From: Terrabacter sp. Root85
GTDB taxonomy: Bacteria > Actinomycetota > Actinomycetes > Actinomycetales > Dermatophilaceae
NCBI RefSeq assembly: GCF_001429185.1
Contig: NZ_LMIW01000001.1
Coordinates: forward strand, 582,439-646,438
Direction: 5' to 3'
Length of the DNA: 64,000 bases
Shown: positions 1 through 7,789 of the stretch, in pieces
Numbering within the stretch: the stretch's first letter is position 1
Layout of the letters: every line of letters starts with the position of its first letter
Translations under genes and position numbers: made by a program
The notes under the pieces: generated by a model
Seen by the model: only the letters and a program-made list of their open reading frames with translations
Database searches by the model: none
Told to the model about the DNA's origin: nothing

Positions 1-57
1 GCGTCCCGAGGGACGGCCAGAGTCTATCGGGCGCCGTGCGGGCCACCGGACAGCGTC

Positions 58-711
58 TCAGCGCGACTGCAGGGCGTCGAGCGCGACGGCCATCGCCATG
101 CCGACGCGCCAGTCGATGGGCTTGCCGTCGGCGAGCGCCGGGAGGGTCACGTGGTAGACGTCCTTGACGCCGACCTTCTTCGTCGAGCTGAGCGCGACCG
201 ACCCGTCCTGGGCGGCGAAGTCGAAGTGGAAGAGGAAGGGCACGGGGATGTCGCCGACGACGGGGACGATGTCCCAGAGCCTGCGCACGACGGCGACCTT
301 GGCGTTGCGCTCCTTGCCGACGAACTCGCGTCCGTCGGGGAGGCCGAGCGTCCACGTCGAGTTCACGAGCGAGGCCTTGAACTGCTTCTTGAACCAGCCG
401 ATCGGCTGGCCCTGGCTGTCGGTGACGTCGTATCCGGAGCTCAGGTCGATGCGCTTGCGGGCCTTGAACCCGAAGAGCGGGTGGGTCTTGGCCGAGTCGG
501 TGTAGAAGGTCACCTGCTCCTTGGCGGCCATCCGCTTCTGCTCGGCGAAGCACAGCAGACCGAGCTCCTTGCCGAACTCGTCCTGACGGACGATCTCGTA
601 GCGGTTGACCATCATGGTCAGCTTCTGGCGGAGGAGGTAGCGCTCGGCAGGGGCGTCGGACGTGGCGTCGGCGACGGGCTCGGTCATGAGCCCAGCGTCC
701 CACAGCGGCAC
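58..711 (-). CDS. LURP-one-related / scramblase-like (tubby-fold) family protein
   Basis: 217-aa ORF with no internal stops. Sequence character resembles bacterial LOR/YxjI-like family members (MMVNRYEIVRQDEFGKELGLL..., FKARKRIDLSSGYDVTDSQGQPIGWFKK...). Assignment made from memory of the family, not from a search. Confidence 0.4.
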   Translation of the reverse strand: MPLWDAGLMTEPVADATSDAPAERYLLRQKLTMMVNRYEIVRQDEFGKELGLLCFAEQKRMAAKEQVTFYTDSAKTHPLFGFKARKRIDLSSGYDVTDSQGQPIGWFKKQFKASLVNSTWTLGLPDGREFVGKERNAKVAVVRRLWDIVPVVGDIPVPFLFHFDFAAQDGSVALSSTKKVGVKDVYHVTLPALADGKPIDWRVGMAMAVALDALQSR

Positions 712-816
712 CGCGCGACAGCGTGCGTATGCCGCCGGGCTCGGGAGGTGCCGACGCTCGCCGGGTGCCGGAAACGCATACGACAGCGGCCCTCCCGGCT
801 GGGTGGGACGGACGGC

Positions 817-1386
817 TCAGACGGGCGCGAGCCGGGCGTGGAGGTGCATGTCGTGCCATCCGTCGGGGTGGAGCAGGGCTGACCGGCGGGTGCCCTCGAG
901 ATCGAAGCCGTTCCTGACCGCCACACGACACGACGGCTCGTTGAGGACCGAGTGCATGAGCTCGACGCGGTGGAGCCCGAGCTCGAAGAGCCAGTCGGTC
1001 ATGGCGGTGAGCGCACGTCCGGCCACGCTGCGACCGCGACCCTCGGGCAGCACCCAGTAGCCGACCTCGGCGACACCTTCGTCCAGGTGCAGGACCGGGA
1101 GACCGACCCTGCCGACGACGACACCTGCTTCGACGACGGCCCACTCGGCCCCGGTCTCAGCCTGCCAGCGGTGCCACGCCCGCCCGCGGACCCACTCGAG
1201 GGCCTCCTCACGCGTCAAGGTGCGACGGTGCCAGCGCTCGATGGCCGGGTCGGCATACGCCCGGACGAGCACCTCGGCGTCGGCCTCGACGAACGGTCGC
1301 AGGCTGAGCCCCGCGCCTGCGTCGATGACCGGCTGGGGCTGACCACTGACCGCGCCGGCAGGGACGGCCACAGGAAGCGACGACAT
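817..1386 (-). CDS. GNAT family N-acetyltransferase (RimJ/RimL-like)
   Basis: ORF 817..1446. The internal Met (MSSLPVA...) gives about 190 aa. GNAT core-like pattern (VGRVGL..., GYWVLPEGRGRSVAGRAL). Start chosen at the ATG at 1386. Confidence 0.6.
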   Translation of the reverse strand: MSSLPVAVPAGAVSGQPQPVIDAGAGLSLRPFVEADAEVLVRAYADPAIERWHRRTLTREEALEWVRGRAWHRWQAETGAEWAVVEAGVVVGRVGLPVLHLDEGVAEVGYWVLPEGRGRSVAGRALTAMTDWLFELGLHRVELMHSVLNEPSCRVAVRNGFDLEGTRRSALLHPDGWHDMHLHARLAPV

Positions 1387-1497
1387 GCGCCCATCCTCGC
1401 AGGCGGCACCGACAGAGGCACCGAGGCGGGAGAAGCATTGGAGCACAAGTCAATTCGATGTGGACAAGCATTGTCGGTCGCACGATCTCCATCTAGA

Positions 1498-3267
1498 ATG
1501 GAACACATGTTCGGACGTGCGACGGATGCAGACGTGTGGAGAGCCGACCCGCTCGGCGACTCCGTCGACACGTCCGCCGCCACGTCCGCCCTGCTGCGAG
1601 AGGTGGCAGGCCTCGACGGTCGTGACCTCGACGACGCCGACCTCATCTCGGCCATCGACGCCCTCGAGCGGGCCAAGGCCGCGTGCGCGGCGGCCCAGGC
1701 ACGGTTGACGACGCGCTTCGTCGAGTCGCAGGCACGCACCGCGACGCGTCTCCGGGCGGAGGCGCAGGCGTGCTCCGACGCCGGCGACTTCGACGGCTGG
1801 GTGGCGGCACGCGACCGGGCGCGCACCCTCGAGCTCGAGCGGGTGCCGTTCGAGACGCCGGGCCGTCGACCTGGTCCGTCGCGGTCCGATCGCCGGACGA
1901 CGCTGTCGCGCACCGGGGTGTCGGCGCAGGTCGGCCTCGCGCGTCGGGAGTCACCGTCCCGGGGCGCTCGACTGGCGAACGCGTCGGTCGCCCTCGTGCA
2001 GCACCTGCACCACACGCTGGAGGCGCTGGGCGCCGGCGTCCTCAACGAGCGTCGCGCCGAGATCGTCGTGCGCTGCACGAGCCACCTCGACCCCGAGCTC
2101 AGGACGAAGGTCGACAGCGAGGTCATCGGGGCGCACCTCGACCTGTCCGACCCCACTGCCCCGTGCGGGGTCGGCTCCTGGGGTGACCGCGAGCTCGAGC
2201 GTCGCCTTCGCGCGTGCGCCGACCGCCTCGACGCGGCGGCCGCGGTCGAGCGGTGCCGCATCGCCGAGGGCGAGCGGCGGGTCACGATCCGACCGGTCCC
2301 CGACGCCATGGCTCTGGTCACTGCCCTGCTCCCCGTGGCCCAGGCCGTCGCGGTGCATGCCGCCCTGACGCGGGCCGCCCTGTCCGGCAAGGCAGCAGGC
2401 GACGAGCGCGGCAAGGGCCAGCTGATGGCCGACGCGCTCGTCGAGCTCGTCACCGGACAGTCCGTGGCCGACGACGTCCCGGTCGAGGTGCAGGTCGTCA
2501 TCACCGACCGGGCGATGCTCGCCGGAGACGAGACCCCCGCCCACGTGCCCGGCTACGGCCCGGTCCCGGCCGGCTGGGTCCGCGAGCTCCTCACCCGGCA
2601 TTCCGAGACGGAGACGGACGACCGTGCGGACCCCGCCACGACCGCGCTTCGCGCCGGAAAGTCGCGCCCCGGACAGTCGCGCCCCGGACAGGCCGACGCC
2701 CCGTCGGGCGTCCCGCCTGACTGCCGCGGCTCCAACGACTCGGAACCACGCCATTCCCCGAACGAGCACACCGCCAAGATCTGGGTGCGTCGACTCTTCA
2801 CCCACCCGTCCAGCGGGACCCTTGTGGCGATGGACAGCGCCCGGAGACTCTTCCCGGCAGCCCTCCGCCGCTTCGTCGTCGCGCGTGACGGCACGTGCCG
2901 CACGCCCTGGTGCGACGCGCCCATCGCGCACGCCGACCACGTCGAGCCGCACGCCGACGGCGGTCCGACGAGCGCGGCCAACGGCCAAGGCCTCTGTGTC
3001 CGCTGCAACCTCGTCAAGGAGGAGCCGGGCTGGTTCTCGGAGGTGCTGCACGACGGACTCGGTCCCACCGACGCTCGCCCGCACACCCTGCGCACCACGA
3101 CGCCGACCGGGCACCGCTACGGCTCGACTGCTCCCCCGCTGCTCCCGATGCCGCCACCTGCCGCTACACGGCCACGAGCGGACCGGCGGGCGCGCGACGG
3201 GCAGGCCGAGGTCATCCGGCTCGAGCTCTACCGGCGCGCCGACCTCGCGGTCGAGCTCACCGGTTGA
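1498..3267 (+). CDS. DUF222 (13E12-repeat) family protein with C-terminal HNH endonuclease motif
   Basis: ATG at 1498 (MEHMFGRATDADVW...). The N-terminal region has the typical DUF222 layout. The C-terminus carries HNH-like Cys/His spacing (DGTCRTPWCDAPIAHADHVEPHADGGPTSAANGQGLCVRCNLVKEE). The listed ORF 952..3267 has a 5' extension antisense to the GNAT gene and is probably not translated. Confidence 0.7.
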   Translation: MEHMFGRATDADVWRADPLGDSVDTSAATSALLREVAGLDGRDLDDADLISAIDALERAKAACAAAQARLTTRFVESQARTATRLRAEAQACSDAGDFDGWVAARDRARTLELERVPFETPGRRPGPSRSDRRTTLSRTGVSAQVGLARRESPSRGARLANASVALVQHLHHTLEALGAGVLNERRAEIVVRCTSHLDPELRTKVDSEVIGAHLDLSDPTAPCGVGSWGDRELERRLRACADRLDAAAAVERCRIAEGERRVTIRPVPDAMALVTALLPVAQAVAVHAALTRAALSGKAAGDERGKGQLMADALVELVTGQSVADDVPVEVQVVITDRAMLAGDETPAHVPGYGPVPAGWVRELLTRHSETETDDRADPATTALRAGKSRPGQSRPGQADAPSGVPPDCRGSNDSEPRHSPNEHTAKIWVRRLFTHPSSGTLVAMDSARRLFPAALRRFVVARDGTCRTPWCDAPIAHADHVEPHADGGPTSAANGQGLCVRCNLVKEEPGWFSEVLHDGLGPTDARPHTLRTTTPTGHRYGSTAPPLLPMPPPAATRPRADRRARDGQAEVIRLELYRRADLAVELTG

Positions 3268-3270
3268 CCG

Positions 3271-3738
3271 TCAGAGCACGAGCTTCATCCTCGGCGCACT
3301 CGTCAGGACAAAGCCGAGCCGTTCGTAGAGCCGTCGCCCGTCGGGAGTCGCGCTGAGATCCACGCGGTCCGCATCGATCGATCGGGCCCACTCGACCACG
3401 TCGCCGACGAGGAGGGTGCCGATCCCGTGCCCGCGATGCTCCGGCACGGTGATGACGTTGGCGAGCCGCACCGTGCGGCCGCGAGCGCAGTGCGGGTTGG
3501 GAACCCCGAGCTCGAGCGTGCCGACCGCCGTCGCGACGATGACGCCGTCCACCTCTACGACCGGGAACCGAGCCGTGGCACCGTCATCGACGACGCGGAC
3601 GAACCAGTCCCGCGCCGATTGCGCCCAGCCCTCACCCAAACCGCCCTCGTCGCCGCCCTCGTCGCCGTCGTACACGAGAGCCCACAGCGAGAGCAGGCGC
3701 GCGAGATCGGACTCGGTGGCCGGACGGAGACGTCCCAC
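3271..3738 (-). CDS. GNAT family N-acetyltransferase
   Basis: C-terminal GNAT motif (RLANVITVPEHRGHGIGTLLVGDVVEWAR...LYERLGF). Start placed at the GTG (VGRLRPATESDLARL) so that it does not overlap purC. The exact start is uncertain. Confidence 0.55.
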   Translation of the reverse strand: MGRLRPATESDLARLLSLWALVYDGDEGGDEGGLGEGWAQSARDWFVRVVDDGATARFPVVEVDGVIVATAVGTLELGVPNPHCARGRTVRLANVITVPEHRGHGIGTLLVGDVVEWARSIDADRVDLSATPDGRRLYERLGFVLTSAPRMKLVL

Positions 3739-3761
3739 CGACGCGCCGGCCCGGTTGCCGG

Positions 3762-4727
3762 TCAGAAGGTCTCTCCTGTCAGGCGCTCGTAGGCCTCGAC
3801 GTACTTCGCCCGCGTCTGGTCGACGACGTGCTGGGGCAGCTCGGGCGGAGGCCCACCCGCCTTGCGGTCCCAGCCCGACTCGGGCGAGGTCAGCCAGTCG
3901 CGGACGAACTGCTTGTCGTAGGACGGCTGCGGGTGTCCGGGCTCCCACCGCTCAGCCGGCCAGAAGCGCGACGAGTCCGGGGTCAGCACCTCGTCGGCGA
4001 GCACGAGCCCGCCCGTGCCGTCGGACGACAGGCCGAACTCGACCTTCGTGTCGGCGATGAGGATGCCGCGCTCGGCGGCGATCTCGTTGCCCCGCGCGAG
4101 GATCGCGCGCGTCAGGCGCGACACCTCGGCCGCGACCTCGGCACCGAGCTCCGCCTCGACCTCGTCGGGCGCCATCGGCAGGTCGTGCTCTCCCACGGGC
4201 GCCTTGGTCGTGGGCGTGAAGACCGGGTCGGGCAGCCGCGAGCCGTCGACGAGCCCGTCGGGCAGCACGACCCCGGAGACGGATCCCTTCTCGCGGTACT
4301 CCTCGAGCCCCCCGCCGGTCAGGTAGGCCCGCGCGATGGCCTCCACCTTGAGCATGTCGAGCCGGCGCACGAGCACCGCACGTCCTGCGACGGCGTCGGG
4401 GACCTCGGTCGAGATGACATGGTTGGGCACGAGGTCGGCGAGCTGGTCGAACCACCACAGCGACAGCCGGGTCAGCACGGCGCCCTTGTCGGGGATCTCC
4501 GGGGACATCATCCAGTCGTAGGCCGAGAGCCGGTTCGAGGCGACGAGCAGCAGCTGGTCCTCGACCACCTGGCCGTCGTCACCGACCGGCGCGTAGAGGT
4601 CACGCACCTTGCCGGAGTAGATGTGCTCGTAGCCAGGGAGGTCGATCGGTAGGTCGGTCACGCGCACAGCCTGCCACCTGCCCAACTGATCGGGCAGGGT
4701 GCGCTCGGGGGGAACGGGCAGGTTCAC
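3762..4727 (-). CDS. purC: phosphoribosylaminoimidazole-succinocarboxamide synthase (SAICAR synthetase)
   Basis: Strong PurC similarity throughout (IYSGKVRDLY, LVASNRLSAYD, ADTKVEFG). GTG start at 4727, preceded by GGAGG at a 7-nt spacing. This start overlaps the stop of the upstream sigma-factor gene in a GTGA arrangement. Confidence 0.85.
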   Translation of the reverse strand: MNLPVPPERTLPDQLGRWQAVRVTDLPIDLPGYEHIYSGKVRDLYAPVGDDGQVVEDQLLLVASNRLSAYDWMMSPEIPDKGAVLTRLSLWWFDQLADLVPNHVISTEVPDAVAGRAVLVRRLDMLKVEAIARAYLTGGGLEEYREKGSVSGVVLPDGLVDGSRLPDPVFTPTTKAPVGEHDLPMAPDEVEAELGAEVAAEVSRLTRAILARGNEIAAERGILIADTKVEFGLSSDGTGGLVLADEVLTPDSSRFWPAERWEPGHPQPSYDKQFVRDWLTSPESGWDRKAGGPPPELPQHVVDQTRAKYVEAYERLTGETF

Positions 4728-5359
4728 GACAGTGCCTCCTTGAGGGCATCGATCTCGATCACGGTGGACAGGCTCTGACGGGCCCGGTGGAGACGGGACT
4801 TCACGGTCCCCTCGGAGACACCGAGCGCGCCGGCCGCCTCGGCGATGGAGCAGTGCGACCAGACGACCAGCTCGATCGCCTCGCGCTGGACCTGCGGAAT
4901 GAGCCTCAGGGCTCGGCGCACCTCGCTCATCTGCAGCTCGTCGTCGACCCGCTCCGCCGTCGATCCGGCGTGGTCGGGCGAGACGGCACCACCGGAGTCG
5001 GCCTCGATGCGCCCGTGCAGCAGTCGCTGCCGCCGCGCCGTACGTGCGACGTTGGCGCACTCCTGCCCCGCCATGACGAGCAGCACGGCCCGCGCCGTCT
5101 CGGACCGCAGCGCGTCCACGGTGCCGGCACGAGCCCGTCGCCAGACGGCGGTGAAGGTCGCCTGCACCACGTCCTCGGCGGCCGCCCAGGACGCCGTGCG
5201 CCGGAACGCGAAGTTGTAGACGGCGTCGCAGTGTCGCCGGTACAGCTCGGTCAGCGCCGCATCGTCGGCTCCCGCCAGCCGCGACCACAGCACGCGGTCG
5301 TCCGCCACCATGGCGGCAGCGGACCTCGGCTCTCCTCGGCTCGTGGTCGTGGTGCTCAT
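4724..5359 (-). CDS. ECF (sigma-70 family) RNA polymerase sigma factor
   Basis: Region-2-like (DAVYNFAFRRT...AEDVVQATF) and region-4 HTH (REAIELVVWSHCSIAEAAGALGVSEGTVKSRLHRAR) are both present. The stop overlaps the purC start. Confidence 0.75.
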   Translation of the reverse strand: MSTTTTSRGEPRSAAAMVADDRVLWSRLAGADDAALTELYRRHCDAVYNFAFRRTASWAAAEDVVQATFTAVWRRARAGTVDALRSETARAVLLVMAGQECANVARTARRQRLLHGRIEADSGGAVSPDHAGSTAERVDDELQMSEVRRALRLIPQVQREAIELVVWSHCSIAEAAGALGVSEGTVKSRLHRARQSLSTVIEIDALKEALS

Positions 5360-5395
5360 GCCCAGGAGAGTCCGGCTCGGCCGGAACGGTTCGCC

Positions 5396-6682
5396 TCAGC
5401 CGACCGTGATCTCGCCGCGCTCGGCGCGGAGCGCGATGTCGGAGCGGTGGTGCGACCCCTCGAGCTCGATGACCGCGACGGCGTCGTATGCCGCCTGGCG
5501 CGCCTTCGACAGGGACGGCGCCACCGCGACGACGTCGAGCACACGCCCGCCTGCCGAGACGAGCGCACCCGACCCGTCGAGCGCCGTGCCTGCGTGGAGG
5601 ACGACGGTGCCGGGCACCTCGGCCGCGGCGTCGAGCCCGGTGATGAGGTCGCCGGTGCGGGGTGACGCGGGGTAGTCCGAGGCGGCGATGACGACGACGA
5701 CCGCGTGGTCCGACGACCAGCGCAGCCGGCCGAACTGGCCGAGCCCGCCCGTGGCCGCGGCGAGGAGCAGCTGCGCGAAGGGCGTCTCGAGGCGGGCGAG
5801 CGAGGCCTGCCCGTCGGGGTCGCCGAAGCGCGCGTTGAACTCGATGACCCGCGGCCCCCGCGACGTCAGGGCCAAGCCGACGTAGAGCACCCCGACGAAG
5901 GGCGCGCCACGGCGGCGCATCTCGTCGATGGTCGGCTGGGCCACGCGCCGCACGATGTCGTCGGCGAGACCGTCGGGCGCCCAGTCGAGGGGCGAGTAGG
6001 CGCCCATGCCACCGGTGTTGGGCCCGGCGTCGTCGTCGCCGACGCGCTTGAAGTCCTGGGCAGGCGCGAGCGCGACGACGGTCTCGCCGTCGCTGATGCA
6101 GAAGACCGACACCTCGGGCCCGTCGAGGAACTCCTCGACGACGAGCCGACCGTCGGGCTTGGCGAGGCAGGCTCGCGCGTGCTCGACGGCCACCTCACGC
6201 GAGTCGGTGACGACGACGCCCTTGCCGGCGGCGAGACCGTCGTCCTTGACGACGTGCGGTGCGCCGAGCGCGCCGAGGGCGGCCTCGACCTCGTCCATCG
6301 TCGTGCAGACGTGGGCCAGGGCGGTCGGCACGTCGGCCGCGGCCATGACCTCCTTGGCGAAGGACTTGCTGCCCTCGAGACGGGCGGCCTCCGCAGAGGG
6401 CCCGAAGACGGCGAACCCGGCCGCACGGCATACGTCGGCGACGCCCGCGACGAGCGGGGCCTCGGGTCCCACGACGACGAGGTCGACGTCGTGCTCACGG
6501 GCCAGCGCGGCGACGGCAGCGCCGTCGAGGATGTCGACGGGGACGCACAGCGCGGTCGCGTCGATGCCCGGGTTCCCCGGCGCGGCGATGACCGCGTCGA
6601 CCTCGGGGTCGGCAGCGACAGCCTTGACGAGAGCGTGTTCACGGGCGCCGGAGCCGAGGACGAGAACCTTCACGGCGCCCAC
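5396..6682 (-). CDS. purD: phosphoribosylamine--glycine ligase (GAR synthetase)
   Basis: Full-length PurD. N-terminus is VKVLVLGSGAREHAL. ATP-grasp motifs are present (GPNTGGMGAYSP). 428 aa. Confidence 0.9.
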   Translation of the reverse strand: MGAVKVLVLGSGAREHALVKAVAADPEVDAVIAAPGNPGIDATALCVPVDILDGAAVAALAREHDVDLVVVGPEAPLVAGVADVCRAAGFAVFGPSAEAARLEGSKSFAKEVMAAADVPTALAHVCTTMDEVEAALGALGAPHVVKDDGLAAGKGVVVTDSREVAVEHARACLAKPDGRLVVEEFLDGPEVSVFCISDGETVVALAPAQDFKRVGDDDAGPNTGGMGAYSPLDWAPDGLADDIVRRVAQPTIDEMRRRGAPFVGVLYVGLALTSRGPRVIEFNARFGDPDGQASLARLETPFAQLLLAAATGGLGQFGRLRWSSDHAVVVVIAASDYPASPRTGDLITGLDAAAEVPGTVVLHAGTALDGSGALVSAGGRVLDVVAVAPSLSKARQAAYDAVAVIELEGSHHRSDIALRAERGEITVG

Positions 6683-6683
6683 C

Positions 6684-7730
6684 CTATTGGCTCACCGGGC
6701 CGGCCCTGCCACGCTGTCTCGATGCCCGACACCCATCCGGCACCGGACCTCCTCGGACTCGTCCAGCACCTCGCCCACGTCGAGTTCGGATACCGACCTC
6801 TACCGCGCGGCCTGGCGGCACGGCGAGGGCACCATCGCCCTCGGTCTCGACACCAAGGGTCGCGTGCCGCACTGGCCGGAGGAGCGCGCCCATGTCGACG
6901 TCCGCTTCGTGCTCGGTCACCTCGTCGCCGAGACCGCACGGCACGCGGGGCACGCCGACATCCTGCGTGAGCAGCTCGACGGGGCGGTCGGACGCTTCCG
7001 CGACCGCGACAACATGCCCGGGGTCGACGCCGCCTGGTGGGCCGCCTACCTCACGCGCGTCCAGGCCGCCGCAGACGCGCACCGCTGAGGCCGCCCCTGA
7101 GCCGAGCCGCTCGAGCAGTCCGGCCCGCACCCGGGGCCACTCGTCGACGAGGATCGAGTGGACCGCCGAGTCGCGCCACGAGCCGTCGGCGCGCCTCACG
7201 TCGCGCCGCGTGATCCCCTCGAACGTCGCGCCGAGCTTGAGAATGGCGGCCCGCGAGCGCGCGTTGACGACGTCGGTCTGGATCTTGACCCGCCCGAAGC
7301 CGCACGTCTCGAACGCGTGCGCGAGCAGCAGGAACTTCGCCTCCGGGTTGACCTGCGTGCCCCACCAGCGCGAGCCGTACATCGTCCAGCCGAGGTGCAC
7401 GTGCTCGCGGTCGGTGTCTACGTCGCCGAGCGAGCTCGACCCGACGACGGTGCCCGCCGGGCCGAGGTCGCCGTCGGCGACGAGCCTGATCGTGTATGCC
7501 GTCCGGCCCGTCCCGTGGGCACCGCGCGCCGCGACGGCGGCCGCCACGAGGGCCTCGGTCTCGGCCACCGACGTGTGCGGTCGCATCATCACGAAGCCCT
7601 GCTCGGAGCACCGCGGGTCGGCGTAGACGGCGAACAGTCCGGGGGCGTCGTCGGGGGTCGTGACGTCGAGGCGGACGAAGCGGCCGACGAGCGGCGCGCC
7701 GGTGGGCGGGACACAGACCTCGATGGGCAT
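6684..7730 (-). CDS. GNAT family N-acetyltransferase with an unusual roughly 150-aa C-terminal extension
   Basis: ATG at 7730 (MPIEVCVPPTG...). RimJ/RimL-like GNAT domain of about 200 aa (GWTMYGSRWWGTQVNPEAKFLLLAHAFETCGFGRVKIQTDVVNARSRAAILKLGATFEG). The frame stays open to 6684, antisense to the DUF664 remnant. The 3' end is uncertain. Confidence 0.55.
   Translation of the reverse strand: MPIEVCVPPTGAPLVGRFVRLDVTTPDDAPGLFAVYADPRCSEQGFVMMRPHTSVAETEALVAAAVAARGAHGTGRTAYTIRLVADGDLGPAGTVVGSSSLGDVDTDREHVHLGWTMYGSRWWGTQVNPEAKFLLLAHAFETCGFGRVKIQTDVVNARSRAAILKLGATFEGITRRDVRRADGSWRDSAVHSILVDEWPRVRAGLLERLGSGAASAVRVCGGLDAREVGGPPGGVDPGHVVAVAEASDRPVELLTQDVGVPRVPCGLGDEVTEHEADVDMGALLRPVRHATLGVETEGDGALAVPPGRAVEVGIRTRRGRGAGRVRGGPVPDGCRASRQRGRAGPVSQ
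6722..7088 (+). pseudogene. DinB/DUF664 (mycothiol-dependent-enzyme-like) gene remnant, internally deleted and frameshifted
   Basis: One frame reads MPDTHPAPDLLGLVQHLAHVEFGY, matching the DUF664 motif LLGLVKHLAxVELGYF. Another frame reads LYRAAWRHGEGTIALGLDTKGRVPHWPEER...HLVAETARHAGHADILREQLDG, matching the DUF664 C-terminus. About 45-50 residues between the two blocks are missing and the frames differ. Confidence 0.5.
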
Positions 7731-7789
7731 GAACTGACAGTAGACTTGATGGTTCCCGCGCCACCCGGCGCGTCCCTCAGAGTCCTTGG

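Noticed and set aside
952-1497. 5' extension of the DUF222/HNH ORF back to 952
   Set aside because: It overlaps the GNAT gene on the opposite strand and has a low-complexity composition. A clean ATG at 1498 fits the family's usual N-terminus.
1215-2504. Long antisense ORFs throughout the window (for example 1215..2504, 8360..10231, 10645..12096, 12336..14300, 15444..17939, 40311..42209, 25587..28010)
   Set aside because: They sit opposite or overlapping strongly supported genes (HNH, helD, M4 protease, lysS, fba and others). They are Arg/Ala/Pro/Gly-rich with no recognisable motifs. This is typical of stop-codon-poor shadow frames in roughly 70% GC DNA.
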